DNA of 64,000 nucleotides from Oceanispirochaeta sp. (GTDB taxonomy: Bacteria; Spirochaetota; Spirochaetia; DSM-2461). Under the pieces are notes generated by a model. The model was not told the origin of the DNA and ran no database searches. It saw only the letters and a program-made list of their open reading frames with translations. The DNA lies in the NCBI GenBank assembly GCA_963663385.2, contig CAXXXD010000002.1, forward strand, positions 416,001 to 480,000, read 5' to 3'. A program made the translations under genes and the position numbers. This document shows positions 37,967 to 48,370 of the stretch, in pieces; the stretch's first letter is position 1, and each line of letters starts with the position of its first letter.

Positions 37967-39478
37967 CTAAAAGGGACCGAAACTGAATCCGACGGCCGCC
38001 ATAAGGAAAAGCATGGACAGCCCGGCTATCCCGGCCTGCATCTTCCAGGTCCACTTCATCCATTTGGGATAGCTCACTACTGTAAAACTCAATCCTATCA
38101 GAAGGAGGGCGTTTGTTGGAAAAATCATATTGCTGAATCCGTCGCCCATATCGAAAGCAAAAACAGCGGTCTGCCTGGTCAGACCGACCAGATCCGCCAG
38201 AGGGGCGATGATAGGCATAACAAGGAAGGCTTTGGCGGAGGCGCTGCTGATAAAAAAATTGAGAGCCAGGGTCAGCAGGTAGATATAAAAAGCGGCTATA
38301 AATGGATTGGTCCCTTTTATGGTCCGGGAAGCGTAGAAGAGAATGGTATCCATAACATTTCCCCGGGTCATAATATGGGGAACGCTCATGGCCATCAGAA
38401 TCAGAAGGATTCCCGGAAACATATTAAGGGCCCCCGAACCAAGAACTTTCAGAAGTTCCTTCCAGCTGTATCCGATTATCCGCCCGGCGCCGGCACCCCC
38501 GATAAGGAAGAGAAGGGCAACCGCCGGGAAAGCGGCATCCGAGGGGAGGGCAGGGATGAGACCAGACAGGATCATAAAGACAATGGCAACGCCCAGGCAG
38601 GACCCGAACCAGAGGGCTGCTTTTACCTTCATGGGATCACTTTCTTTTTGATGGCTCAGCACGGCTTCTGCGCTGAACCGGTCCCTCACTTTCGCATCCG
38701 CTTCATAAACAGGTGATGCTTCAGGATTTTTCTCAATTTTCCGGGCATAACCGCTGACAAAGAGGTAGCACATGCTGTAAGTGGCTATAAAAAAGAGAAT
38801 CCGGAACCAGGCGCCCGAAAAGAGGGGCAGATCGGAAAGCTCCTGAGCTACGGCGATGGTAAAGGGGTTGGTTACCGCTGCGGCAAAACCGAAGCTGAGA
38901 GCCAGGAGGCTCATGCCCAGGCCTGTCAGGGAGTCCCATCCCAGAGCCAGGGAAAGGGGGACAATAATGACAATAAGGGGAACCAGTCCCTCATAAACTC
39001 CCACAAAGGCCGCCAGGAACATCATGGCAAACATTATCACGCCCAGCAGGCGGTACTTGTTCTTTCTGAAACGGGAGACCGTTCCTGCCAATAGCTCCTG
39101 CATAACCCCGCCCTTCTCCAGAACCGAGAAGGAGCCCCCCAGAAAAACCATAAACAGGGAGAGAACCAGTACCATCAGCCAATTGTCTCCCCAGATCACC
39201 TCAACGGGAGAGGTGAACCAGCGCCAGACAGGGAAGGATGACTCGGTCAGGTACTCGAAGGATCCGGCCACCACAGCCATCCTGTCCTCAATCATTACCC
39301 TTTCATAGGCTCCCGCCGGTATCCAGCGTGTCAGGAATCCGGAGAAGATAATCAGCAGGAAGAGAATCCCGAAGGCCGTAAGAAAGGGTTTTACGCCTAT
39401 CTTCAGCATGGATTCATTCTCATTCGTCTCTGTTTTAATTTCTGCGGGGCGCTTCAGTGCATTTTCCCGTAGTTGCAT
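37967..39478 (-). CDS. YfcC family membrane transporter
   Basis: LTRWIPAGAYER, NPFTIAVAQ, LPLFSG, FFISSASAKA, GDGFSNMIFPTN; many TM segments. Confidence 0.88.
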   Translation of the reverse strand: MQLRENALKRPAEIKTETNENESMLKIGVKPFLTAFGILFLLIIFSGFLTRWIPAGAYERVMIEDRMAVVAGSFEYLTESSFPVWRWFTSPVEVIWGDNWLMVLVLSLFMVFLGGSFSVLEKGGVMQELLAGTVSRFRKNKYRLLGVIMFAMMFLAAFVGVYEGLVPLIVIIVPLSLALGWDSLTGLGMSLLALSFGFAAAVTNPFTIAVAQELSDLPLFSGAWFRILFFIATYSMCYLFVSGYARKIEKNPEASPVYEADAKVRDRFSAEAVLSHQKESDPMKVKAALWFGSCLGVAIVFMILSGLIPALPSDAAFPAVALLFLIGGAGAGRIIGYSWKELLKVLGSGALNMFPGILLILMAMSVPHIMTRGNVMDTILFYASRTIKGTNPFIAAFYIYLLTLALNFFISSASAKAFLVMPIIAPLADLVGLTRQTAVFAFDMGDGFSNMIFPTNALLLIGLSFTVVSYPKWMKWTWKMQAGIAGLSMLFLMAAVGFSFGPF

Positions 39479-39497
39479 ATTTATTCCTTTATTGGGT

Positions 39498-40967
39498 TTA
39501 CAGCTCTCTGAAAAGGCGGAGGTAAAAGTCCATACCCTTTTTCAGATTCTCAAGTGATACCTTCTCATTCACTCCGTGAATACTGGCAATATCCTTTGGC
39601 AGCAGTTCCAGAGGGGTAAAGCGAAGGATCTGGTCGCTCAGGTTCCGGTAGTATTTGGAGTCGGTCGATCCGTTTACCAGAAAGGGAACGGCAACTGTTC
39701 CCGGGTGGGTCTTGCTTAGGGTATCTTTTATAAGGCGAAAGCCGCTTCCTTCAGGATCCGTTGCCTTGATGGGGTTGTTGGAGGGCCAGTTTCCGGCGTC
39801 TGTAATCTCCAGCCCCGGATCTTTCAGAACTCTGCTGTGTCTGTGTTTCAGGCTCTCTATGGTATCCCCCGGCAAAATCCTGTGATTCACCAGACAGGCT
39901 GCCTCTCCGGGCAGGATATTCTCCTGTTCTCCTCCGTCCACAACGGTAACAGCCTGGGTGGTCCTGATGAGGCTGTCGGTGGTGCGGTTCCGGGAAAAGA
40001 CAAAACGGATAAGGGGGGCTGTAAGCCACAGGTTGGCAAAAAGAATTCCCAGAGGAGGGGAGACAACCGGAACAAAACGTTCCAGCATATTCCGCATTAC
40101 CGGATCCAGGCGGGAGGGGAAAAGCCTTTTCTCCAGGCGGGTTATACCCCGGGCCAGCTTTCCGATGGCTGTGCCGGATCTGTCTGGCATGGAGGAGTGT
40201 CCGCTCTCTCCCGACGCGCTTATTTTAAATGTTACAAAGCCCTTTTCGGCCAGGCCGATCAGGGCGGCCGGGCGTCCCTTTAAAAAGGCCAGCTGATCCC
40301 GGGCGATAACACCCCCTTCGTCCAGAATAAAATCAAACTGCAGGCCCCTCTCTCCAAGAATCCGGGCCAGGTTCTGAGCTCCCTCCAGACCGGAAATCTC
40401 CTCATCTCCGCCGAAGGCAAACCATATATCCCTTTCGGGCTGCCAGCCCTCTTCCAGAAGCCGCTCTGCCGTTTCCAGCTGGAACGCCAGCTGGGTTTTT
40501 ATATCAAGTGTGCCACGGCCCCAGAGTTCTCCCTCTTTGATCAGACCGCTGAAAGGATCCTCCCGCCAGGCTTCCCCCCCTTCCTCTTCGGCGGGAACCA
40601 CGTCGTAATGGGCCAGGAAAAGAACCGGTTTTTTATGGGAATCCTGTCCTTTCCAGTGATAGAGCAGGCCAAAGTGCCCATGGACTTCCCGTTCCATATT
40701 TTTATGGACCAGGGGAAACTGGCGGATCAGTTCTTCCTGAAAATCTGTAAAAATACGACTGTCTCTTTTATCCCGGTCTGTCCAGGAAACGGTGGGGATC
40801 CGGATCAGGGAGGCGAGTCTGTTAACAAAACGATCCTGTATTTCATTATCAGTCTCGTCCCGTGATTTCCTGTCTGCTGTTTCCTGCGTGGTGTAGCGGC
40901 TTTTTATACGGAAATAACGGCTTAAAAGAAAAATGGTAAGAGTTGAAAAGATCAGTAAAGGGATCAT
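39498..40967 (-). CDS. M20 family metallopeptidase/amidohydrolase (carboxypeptidase S/PM20D1-like) with N-terminal anchor
   Basis: AHYDVVP, WGRGTLDIK, GDEE, DEGG, AEKG, GHSSMP, GSTDS, IHGVNE. Confidence 0.92.
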   Translation of the reverse strand: MIPLLIFSTLTIFLLSRYFRIKSRYTTQETADRKSRDETDNEIQDRFVNRLASLIRIPTVSWTDRDKRDSRIFTDFQEELIRQFPLVHKNMEREVHGHFGLLYHWKGQDSHKKPVLFLAHYDVVPAEEEGGEAWREDPFSGLIKEGELWGRGTLDIKTQLAFQLETAERLLEEGWQPERDIWFAFGGDEEISGLEGAQNLARILGERGLQFDFILDEGGVIARDQLAFLKGRPAALIGLAEKGFVTFKISASGESGHSSMPDRSGTAIGKLARGITRLEKRLFPSRLDPVMRNMLERFVPVVSPPLGILFANLWLTAPLIRFVFSRNRTTDSLIRTTQAVTVVDGGEQENILPGEAACLVNHRILPGDTIESLKHRHSRVLKDPGLEITDAGNWPSNNPIKATDPEGSGFRLIKDTLSKTHPGTVAVPFLVNGSTDSKYYRNLSDQILRFTPLELLPKDIASIHGVNEKVSLENLKKGMDFYLRLFREL

Positions 40968-41113
40968 TCAGGCAGTCCTCAGCTTGTGTTAAACTTACTT
41001 CATTTAGTGTTTTATGAAAGAAGGATAGCCGGGAAGGAGGACCGCCGTCAAGGAAATCCCGGGGCAGCGGATTTTTATTGAAAGCTATTAGCCAAACAAT
41101 TGAATTATTGTAT

Positions 41114-42247
41114 TCACTGCTCCAGGTATGTTTCCAAAGAGCACACTTCAATTTTTTCATGAATCGGGTATCGTTCTTTTCCGGGGTATATAACTACCAG
41201 TTTGGATAGCTCCAGATCCTGAATGGCTGAATGCATGGATTTGGTAGTTTTGGGAGCTTCGGATGTTTTAAACTCAATTCCAATCCTTTCACCCTTCTTC
41301 ATTATTAACAGATCTATTTCGGCACCGCTGAAGGTAGACCAGAAATAGGGCTCCGTTATGGATGAAGTCCGTAGTATCTGTTCCATGGCAAAGCTCTCCC
41401 AGGATGTTCCGTATATGGGATGGCTCAATAATTCATCATAACTCGAGATACCCAGTAAATGGTGCAGAATCCCTGTATCTGTAAAATAGATTTTAGGAGA
41501 TTTTACCTGTCGTTTCTTCATGTTGGTAAACCATGGCTGCAGAGGTCTAATCATATAAGTGGCACTGAGAATATCAATGTAGGATTGAACTGTTTTATGA
41601 TTAATACCCATTGATTGTCCCAGTTGGGATCTGTTCAGAATCTGACCATGGCTGTGAGCCAGCATTGTCCAGAATCGTCGTAGAGTTGTTGAGGGAACAT
41701 TAATTCCCAGCTGAGGAATGTCCTTTTGTAAAAAAGTCCGGATAAAACCTTCTCTCCATGCAAAACTGTCTTCTTCACTTTTAGCCAGATAGGAAAGAGG
41801 AAATCCTCCTCTAAGCCAAAGCTTTTCAGATTCTGAATTGCCAGTTTCCTTCAGGTTAAACCCGTGAAGATCAATGAACTCAACACGGCCTGCCAGAGAT
41901 TCAGAAGCATTTTTTACTAATTCAGGGAATGCACTTCCCAGGATGAGAAAACTTCCGTTATTCCCTTTCTTGTCTGCCAGTACACGCAAAACAGGGAATA
42001 GCTCAGGTCTATTCTGGATTTCATCTATGATGATCAGTCCATCCAGTGAATCCAAATATAGTTCCGGATTCTGGATTTTGGCTTGATCAATCGGGGATTC
42101 CATATCGAGAAAATGTGATGGTCTTATATTGGAAACCAATCTGGCAAGAGTCGTTTTTCCACACTGTCTCGGGCCTAGAAGTGCTGTTATTTTAACCCTG
42201 TCTAATGCTGTTTCAATTTGTTTTAAATACTTAACTCTTTCAACCAT
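41114..42247 (-). CDS. AAA ATPase with DUF4143 domain
   Basis: LGPRQCGKTT, IIIDEIQ, ILGS, ESLAGR, RGGFP, KSPKIYFTDTG, C-terminal EIDL...IEFK. Confidence 0.9.
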   Translation of the reverse strand: MVERVKYLKQIETALDRVKITALLGPRQCGKTTLARLVSNIRPSHFLDMESPIDQAKIQNPELYLDSLDGLIIIDEIQNRPELFPVLRVLADKKGNNGSFLILGSAFPELVKNASESLAGRVEFIDLHGFNLKETGNSESEKLWLRGGFPLSYLAKSEEDSFAWREGFIRTFLQKDIPQLGINVPSTTLRRFWTMLAHSHGQILNRSQLGQSMGINHKTVQSYIDILSATYMIRPLQPWFTNMKKRQVKSPKIYFTDTGILHHLLGISSYDELLSHPIYGTSWESFAMEQILRTSSITEPYFWSTFSGAEIDLLIMKKGERIGIEFKTSEAPKTTKSMHSAIQDLELSKLVVIYPGKERYPIHEKIEVCSLETYLEQ

Positions 42248-42253
42248 ACTGTT

Positions 42254-42302
42254 ATTTTATCATTGAAAAATGGGGGATGCAATCCCAATTTTCAATGATA
42301 AA
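42254..42302 (-). promoter_or_regulatory. Leaderless-type promoter embedded in a 19-bp-arm palindrome
   Basis: Minus strand TTGCAT-17-TAAAAT (with TGn)-6 nt-ATG. Arms TTTATCATTGAAAAATGGG and CCCAATTTTCAATGATAAA differ by one mismatch. Confidence 0.65.
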
Positions 42303-42476
42303 CGATCTTATGAAGATTATTAGAAGGGGAATATCCTTTTTCTGAATGCTTTGATCAATTTCTTTTTCTATCGATATATAAAGCATTTATGATTTCTCTG
42401 GCTTATGATAGATTTTATCAGTATCTTAAGAAGAACCAATCCGGTCATATAAAGACCGGAAGATAGGATTATTTTT

Positions 42477-43580
42477 ATGACAGAAAAACAATTACACAGT
42501 TTAAACCACTACCTGCAGGACCTGGAACTTCCGTTTCACTACCCTGTAGTTACCGCCCTTATCCGCGAAGCCCTGGGGGGCAACGGGGATCCGGCGGATA
42601 TAATATCCAGAAGAATCTACCAGATTGCCGGTGCGGTTCTGCCCGGAGAGGATGATCCCCTGCTGTTTGAACAGCTGATTTTTGATCTGTATAAAGAGGT
42701 GAAAGCCGACTTCAACAAAGAGGAAGATGAAATTTTTTCTACCATGCGGGGCAGGCTTCTGGATCTGATTGACAAGTGGATGCAGCTTTCCGACTTTCTT
42801 AATGAAAAAGAGCAGCTGGAGCTGTCCGGAAATGAAGAGATTCAGACTGAAATGGAAGAGCTGATGAAGTTTGTTCAATCTCTCCTGGAACGTTTGAATA
42901 CCCCGGAAAAGGAAACTCCCGAAAGCGCCAAAGAGCTGAGTTTCCTTCTGGATCAGAGTGAAGAAGTATTCAGCCGTTTTATGGAACAGGTTGAAGAGAT
43001 GCTGAATCCCCAGGTTCATGAGTGTTCCGGGGATTCGGAAGGACAGACTCTTGTTGTCAGAGTGGAAATAAAGGATGCCGGGCATCCTGTCTGGAGAGAA
43101 GTTCGGGTTCCCGGGAATATTACGCTGGACCGGTTTCATATCATACTGCAGAAGTGCATGGGCTGGTGGGATCTGTATGATCACAGTTTTGAGCAGGCCG
43201 GCTCTTTCTGGGGAACTTCCGCAGGGGAGGATGACAGCATTATCTATCAGGATGAGAGCGAATGCCTGCTGCATTCTCTTTTAAGCGAAGAGGACGATAT
43301 GCTCCACTACCACTATGATCTCCCCGAAGGGTGGCATCACATTATCCGTGTTAATGAGGTTCTGGAGTGCGAATCCAACCTGTCCCCTGTTTGTCTGGAT
43401 GGAAAAGGAGCTTGTCCTCCTGAGGACTGCGGCGGCCCGGAGGGGTTTCGTATGCTACTGGATTCTCTTAAACCCGACGCACCGGAAGAGTTGAAAGAGG
43501 ACTTCTCCTGGGTGGGGGATTTTGATCCCGATGCCTTTGACAGAGATGCGGTGAATAAAGAGCTGGGCGAGCTGATTTGA
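42477..43580 (+). CDS. Plasmid pRiA4b ORF-3 family protein with acidic helical N-terminal extension
   Basis: VWREVRVP, LDRFH...MGW, YHYD...WHH, GKGACPPEDCGGPEGF, FDPDAFD. Confidence 0.85.
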   Translation: MTEKQLHSLNHYLQDLELPFHYPVVTALIREALGGNGDPADIISRRIYQIAGAVLPGEDDPLLFEQLIFDLYKEVKADFNKEEDEIFSTMRGRLLDLIDKWMQLSDFLNEKEQLELSGNEEIQTEMEELMKFVQSLLERLNTPEKETPESAKELSFLLDQSEEVFSRFMEQVEEMLNPQVHECSGDSEGQTLVVRVEIKDAGHPVWREVRVPGNITLDRFHIILQKCMGWWDLYDHSFEQAGSFWGTSAGEDDSIIYQDESECLLHSLLSEEDDMLHYHYDLPEGWHHIIRVNEVLECESNLSPVCLDGKGACPPEDCGGPEGFRMLLDSLKPDAPEELKEDFSWVGDFDPDAFDRDAVNKELGELI

Positions 43581-43669
43581 ATAGAACCGATGCAAAATCT
43601 TGTTCTTGATTAAAATTATAATTTTGCATCAGATTCTATAATTACTTTCTTACCGTTATTTCAGACGGA

Positions 43670-44680
43670 TCAGTTCTTTTTCTTGGTTCTCATAACATCC
43701 ATAACAACCGCACCAATAATAATTATACCTTTGATAATCTCCTGAATATAGGCATTGATTCTCAAATAGGTAAAACCGCTCTGGACTACGCCCAGAACAA
43801 GAGAACCGATTAGGGTACCGGGAATACTTCCGATACCACCACTTAAACTGGCCCCGCCAATTACCGCGGAAGCGATAGCATCAAGTTCAAAACCTACACC
43901 CATCCCGGACTGTCCACTATTCACCCTTCCTGTCAGTACGATTCCAGCTAATCCGGAAAGCAGCCCGGCGTAGGTGTAAATCAGTATTTTATACCTATCT
44001 ATATTAACACCGGAAACTCTGGCCGCCACTTCATTTCCACCGATAGCATAGACATACTTACCATAGCGGGTCTGTGTTAGAAGGTAGTAGGCTACCCCGG
44101 CCATCAGAAGATATATAACGACTGGCATAACTCCTCCCGGTCCATTCCCAATAAAGTTGAATGAATCAGTCAGCATGCTGACAGGTTTTCCGGAAGTGTA
44201 GAGCTGGGCCATACCCCGGGCGGATACGAACATTCCCAGAGTAGCAATAAAGGGTGGTATACCGGTTTTTGCAATAAGAACACCGTTTATGAATCCACAG
44301 GCTGCTCCAACCATTAAACCGATCAGGATAGGGATAAAAGCGGGAAGTCCCAGAAGATTCTCAAAAACCGGTCTTGAAGCACCATCAGCCTGGGCAAAAC
44401 TGGCTGTGACAACAGCAACAAGAGCCACAATTGATCCTGATGATAGATCAATTCCTCCTGCAATAATTATCTGTGTCACTCCGATGGCTATGGTTCCAAT
44501 TACGGCAACCTGCAGAATCATTAGAAAGAGTCTTTGAGGGTTCATAAGGAACGATTTGCCTACGACGAACCATCCTAATACTTCAAATAGTAAGGCAATT
44601 CCTATAAGAATAAAAAGTATGCTGTATTTGCTGAAAGAAATTTTTCCTTCCATTTTTAATGACTTTGATTGAGTTTCCAT
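43670..44680 (-). CDS. Monosaccharide/inositol ABC transporter permease (RbsC-like)
   Basis: GGIDLSSGS, IPPFIATLG, YAIGGNEVAARVSG, ELDAIASAVIGGASLSGG. Confidence 0.93.
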   Translation of the reverse strand: METQSKSLKMEGKISFSKYSILFILIGIALLFEVLGWFVVGKSFLMNPQRLFLMILQVAVIGTIAIGVTQIIIAGGIDLSSGSIVALVAVVTASFAQADGASRPVFENLLGLPAFIPILIGLMVGAACGFINGVLIAKTGIPPFIATLGMFVSARGMAQLYTSGKPVSMLTDSFNFIGNGPGGVMPVVIYLLMAGVAYYLLTQTRYGKYVYAIGGNEVAARVSGVNIDRYKILIYTYAGLLSGLAGIVLTGRVNSGQSGMGVGFELDAIASAVIGGASLSGGIGSIPGTLIGSLVLGVVQSGFTYLRINAYIQEIIKGIIIIGAVVMDVMRTKKKN

Positions 44681-44692
44681 ACAAGTATCTCC

Positions 44693-46189
44693 TTAAATCT
44701 TTTCACCTGAAGCAAGGGCCAGAATATTTTCCTGAGTTGATTCATTTCTGTCTAGAATCCCCATGCATTCACCTTCATGCATAACCAGAACCCTGTCGCT
44801 CATTCCCAGTACTTCAGGGAGTTCGGAAGAGATCATAATGATTGATTTACCAGTTTTAACAATCTCTCCCATTAATTTATGAATCTCTGATTTTGCACCC
44901 ACGTCAATTCCTCTGGTTGGTTCATCCAGCAGGAGTATGTCAGGATTTGTCAGGAGCCATCTGGATATGAGAGCTTTTTGCTGGTTACCTCCGCTGAGAT
45001 TCTCAATCTTCTGGTTGATACCAGGGGTTTTAATTCTAAGTTTTTCTACCTGGTCATAACAGTCTTTTCTTATATTTGACTGGTTCAGTTGAATCCCATG
45101 TAAATAAGTGTTGATATTGGCAATAGCAATATTTTCCTTTACGGACAGAGATAGGAACAGCCCGCTGTCTTTTCTGTCTTCAGTCAGAAGAGCCAATCTG
45201 TGCTCCAGGGCATCTCTGGGTGATTCTATCTTTGCTTCCAAACCTCTGATGTTTATCTTGCCATCAGTTTTCGGGTAGATTCCAAAGATTGTTTCAATTA
45301 GTTCTGTACGACCGGCTCCCATGAGGCCGGCAATACCGAGGATCTCTCCCTCTCTAAGCTCAAAACTTACATCACGGAAATTACCATCTCGTGATAGATT
45401 TTCAACTTTTAAGATCACATCTCCGATAGGAACATCTATTTTGGGAAAAACCTGGTTTAAATCTCGGCCGACCATTTTGGTGATTAAAGAGTTTTTATTT
45501 ATATCTTCGGATTTGTCAGTTGATATATATTCACCGTCTCTTAAAACAGTGATATCATCAGAAATCTTAAAAACCTCATCCATTTTATGTGTAATGTAGA
45601 TTATTGATATATTTTTTTCTTTTAAGTCATGAATAATGCGGAACAGATGTTCTACTTCTTTTTCTGTAATAGCAGATGTGGGCTCATCCATAATGATCAA
45701 TTCGGAATTGTAGGAGATTGCTTTGGCAATTTCCACCATCTGCTGACTGGCTACACTTAATTCAGCCATCTTTGTATTAGGATCTAATGAAATCCCCAGA
45801 TTTTCAAGCAGGATTGATGTATCCTGTTTCATTTTTTTATGGTCTATCCGACCCAGTCTGTTTTTCAGGGGTTCTCTACCCAACCATATATTTTCGGAAA
45901 TTGTCATTTGGGGTACGGGATTAAGTTCCTGATGAATCATGGAAATACCAAGTTCCAAAGCCTTTTGAGTTGTATCAATCCTGACGGTTTTTCCATTAAA
46001 GCGGATCTCTCCCCCATCGGGCTGATACAAACCGATAAGCATTTTCATCATAGTGGATTTTCCAGCTCCATTTTCTCCCATGAGAGCATGAACTGTACCT
46101 CTTCTGACTCGTAGATTTATTTTGTTGGCGGCCAGAACTCCTGGAAAATGCTTTATCATGTTATGCATTTCCAGTATATATTCACCCAT
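44693..46189 (-). CDS. Monosaccharide ABC transporter ATP-binding protein (MglA/RbsA-like)
   Basis: [36 protein letters not shown]. Confidence 0.95.
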   Translation of the reverse strand: MGEYILEMHNMIKHFPGVLAANKINLRVRRGTVHALMGENGAGKSTMMKMLIGLYQPDGGEIRFNGKTVRIDTTQKALELGISMIHQELNPVPQMTISENIWLGREPLKNRLGRIDHKKMKQDTSILLENLGISLDPNTKMAELSVASQQMVEIAKAISYNSELIIMDEPTSAITEKEVEHLFRIIHDLKEKNISIIYITHKMDEVFKISDDITVLRDGEYISTDKSEDINKNSLITKMVGRDLNQVFPKIDVPIGDVILKVENLSRDGNFRDVSFELREGEILGIAGLMGAGRTELIETIFGIYPKTDGKINIRGLEAKIESPRDALEHRLALLTEDRKDSGLFLSLSVKENIAIANINTYLHGIQLNQSNIRKDCYDQVEKLRIKTPGINQKIENLSGGNQQKALISRWLLTNPDILLLDEPTRGIDVGAKSEIHKLMGEIVKTGKSIIMISSELPEVLGMSDRVLVMHEGECMGILDRNESTQENILALASGEKI

Positions 46190-46325
46190 TCTATATCTCT
46201 CCTGTTATTTAAATGAAGAAAGAACCCCGGTTCTTTCAAATAACTAAAACCGGGGACAGTGGTAAACAGTATATGACAGGGAATATCGAGACTGCTCAAA
46301 TATTCCCAACACATTTATACAGGTC

Positions 46326-47300
46326 TTATTCTTTCAGACCTAGTATTTTTCTATATTCCATATAGTTATCTTCAGTAACCTGCTCAAAGGGAATCCAGAC
46401 AGTCTGTTCAATGGTTTCACCTTTCAGGACACGGTAAGCAGTATCAATTGCTCCCCGGCCCTGACCTTCAGCATTCTGAAATACTGTTACAGTTAATTTA
46501 CCATCTTTCATGAAATCAAGAGCATCTGCAGTTGCATCAATACCACCGACCCATACATCTTTATTTGGATTTTTTCCGGCATTTTCAAGAGCTATGATTG
46601 CACCAATAGCCATCTCGTCATTGTTTGCAGCTACAGCATCTATTTCCAGACCAGCCAGCAGCCAGTTGCTCATAAGGTCGAGGGCCTGATCTCTCTGAAA
46701 ATTGGCTGTTTGTTCATCAATGATATTTATACCAGGGTATTTAGCAAAAACCTCTTTTGCACTGGTTGTTCTACCATGGGTTGCACTGTGTGAGAGTTCT
46801 CCCAGCATTATTACAACGTTACCTTCTCCACCTAGTTTTTCTGCCAGTATTTCTGCCTGAAGTTTACCAGAAACCAGTTCGTTTGATACAACAAGATACA
46901 CTCCCTCTGGTAACTCCTCGTTGGGAACACGGTTTACATAGATAAGGGGGATTCCTGCATTCTCACATCTTTGCGTAATAGAGTAAGTTGAGTCAGTATC
47001 AACGGCATTGACGATTATAGCATCATATCCTTGTGCAATAAAATTCTCTACTTGTGCTAACTGTTTCTGTGTGTCGTTATTTGCATCTTCAATAAAAACA
47101 TCCAGATCATCAATTTCTGCAGCATACTCGTCAATGGCATCCCTAAGATAGGTCAGCCAGTTATCTGCGAATAGTGCCATTGAGACACCCACTTCGTATT
47201 TGTCAGCTTCCCCTGCAACTTTTTCCTGCTGGCCATTTGCAAACATTGACGGTGCCATCACCAATAGTAGTGCTGTAACCAATACCAATAGCTTTTTCAT
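46326..47300 (-). CDS. Sugar ABC substrate-binding protein (inositol/rhizopine-binding type)
   Basis: Signal peptide ending ANGQQE; QVENFIAQG, ANNDEMAIGA, GIDAT, TVFQNAEGQG, WIPFE. Confidence 0.9.
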   Translation of the reverse strand: MKKLLVLVTALLLVMAPSMFANGQQEKVAGEADKYEVGVSMALFADNWLTYLRDAIDEYAAEIDDLDVFIEDANNDTQKQLAQVENFIAQGYDAIIVNAVDTDSTYSITQRCENAGIPLIYVNRVPNEELPEGVYLVVSNELVSGKLQAEILAEKLGGEGNVVIMLGELSHSATHGRTTSAKEVFAKYPGINIIDEQTANFQRDQALDLMSNWLLAGLEIDAVAANNDEMAIGAIIALENAGKNPNKDVWVGGIDATADALDFMKDGKLTVTVFQNAEGQGRGAIDTAYRVLKGETIEQTVWIPFEQVTEDNYMEYRKILGLKE

Positions 47301-47327
47301 AAAAATCCTCCTAATATTTACTCCTTT

Positions 47328-48152
47328 TCAGCTGAAAAGGTAGTTGTAACTCTCAATGATCCCATCTTTCAGTTCTGAAATCTCCATTTTCTGGATGACT
47401 GATGAAAATGGCTCATAGGAAATAACTGCTTTGCATCCATTTTTTAATAGTAAGCTGATTTGTTCACGATTTCCTACAAGGTCCTTCTCATCTATCAGGA
47501 TTCTGTCTTCATCATCAATTTCTGTTTTCTTCTTTTCTGTATAAACACCAGAAACATGTACCAAACCTGTATGAGTTGGGAAGACTTCTTTTTCATCACT
47601 TAAAAAGTGGTGGAAAGTATCATGCACAATCTTATATACAGCTTCTAACGCTGTCGACTTGATTGCTTCCACTGCCTGTTTTTTGTAACGGACGCTGCAA
47701 ATGGGAAACCCAAGGGGCTCTATAAGTCCCGTAATCCCTTTTGATTTAAGGATTGGTGCATATACTTTCAGAGCGGCTTCAAGATCGTTTCTCTGCTTAT
47801 CTGTAGATCGTTTATCTTCCGGATCATTGACTGGACACATAATAATCTGTGTACATCCGACACTGAGAGCTTCGTCAATCATTTCTGAAATCTCAACCTT
47901 CTTCTCTTCAAATAGTGATGGATCATTAAAGCGCTGAAGGGCATTTATTGTTAAAATTTGTACATTCAGTTCATTGCATTTCTGCTGGATTGTATCTGCA
48001 GATTCAGCTCCCTTTATTGTAGGATCGTCCAGATCGTTCCGCAATTCAATTCCGCTACATCCAGTGTCTGCGGCAAGCTGAATGAACTCAGTTACCGGAA
48101 TCCCGGGTTTTATTATTCTGTTTAGTGATAATTTATTTTTTTTGGGAATCAT
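47328..48152 (-). CDS. Sugar phosphate isomerase/epimerase TIM barrel (IolI-like 2-keto-myo-inositol isomerase)
   Basis: IELRNDL, INALQRFN, IEPLGF, VHDTFHH, LVHVSGV, SYEPFS; inositol context. Confidence 0.75.
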   Translation of the reverse strand: MIPKKNKLSLNRIIKPGIPVTEFIQLAADTGCSGIELRNDLDDPTIKGAESADTIQQKCNELNVQILTINALQRFNDPSLFEEKKVEISEMIDEALSVGCTQIIMCPVNDPEDKRSTDKQRNDLEAALKVYAPILKSKGITGLIEPLGFPICSVRYKKQAVEAIKSTALEAVYKIVHDTFHHFLSDEKEVFPTHTGLVHVSGVYTEKKKTEIDDEDRILIDEKDLVGNREQISLLLKNGCKAVISYEPFSSVIQKMEISELKDGIIESYNYLFS

Positions 48153-48172
48153 TTATTTTCCTCCATAATTCA

Positions 48173-48220
48173 AGGATAGCATAGAAATCTAGTTTGTCAA
48201 CAATATTATGATACTAAATT
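48173..48220 (-). promoter_or_regulatory. Promoter plus shared operator of the iolI-like/ABC operon
   Basis: Minus strand AATTTAGTATCATAATATTGTTGACAAAC, then TGC-TATCCT (extended -10). The same motif recurs at 49674-49715. Confidence 0.65.
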
Positions 48221-48370
48221 AACAAATGATATTATGTATTGTTGTTGTAATACTGACTGTAAAGATCTTTTACAATAATAAAAACAATTTTATTGAACAA
48301 ATCTATTACTGCTTTTAAGAAATAGCTATTATTGGGGAGGCGGTTAAATAAGTTGGATCAGAAGACTCTC

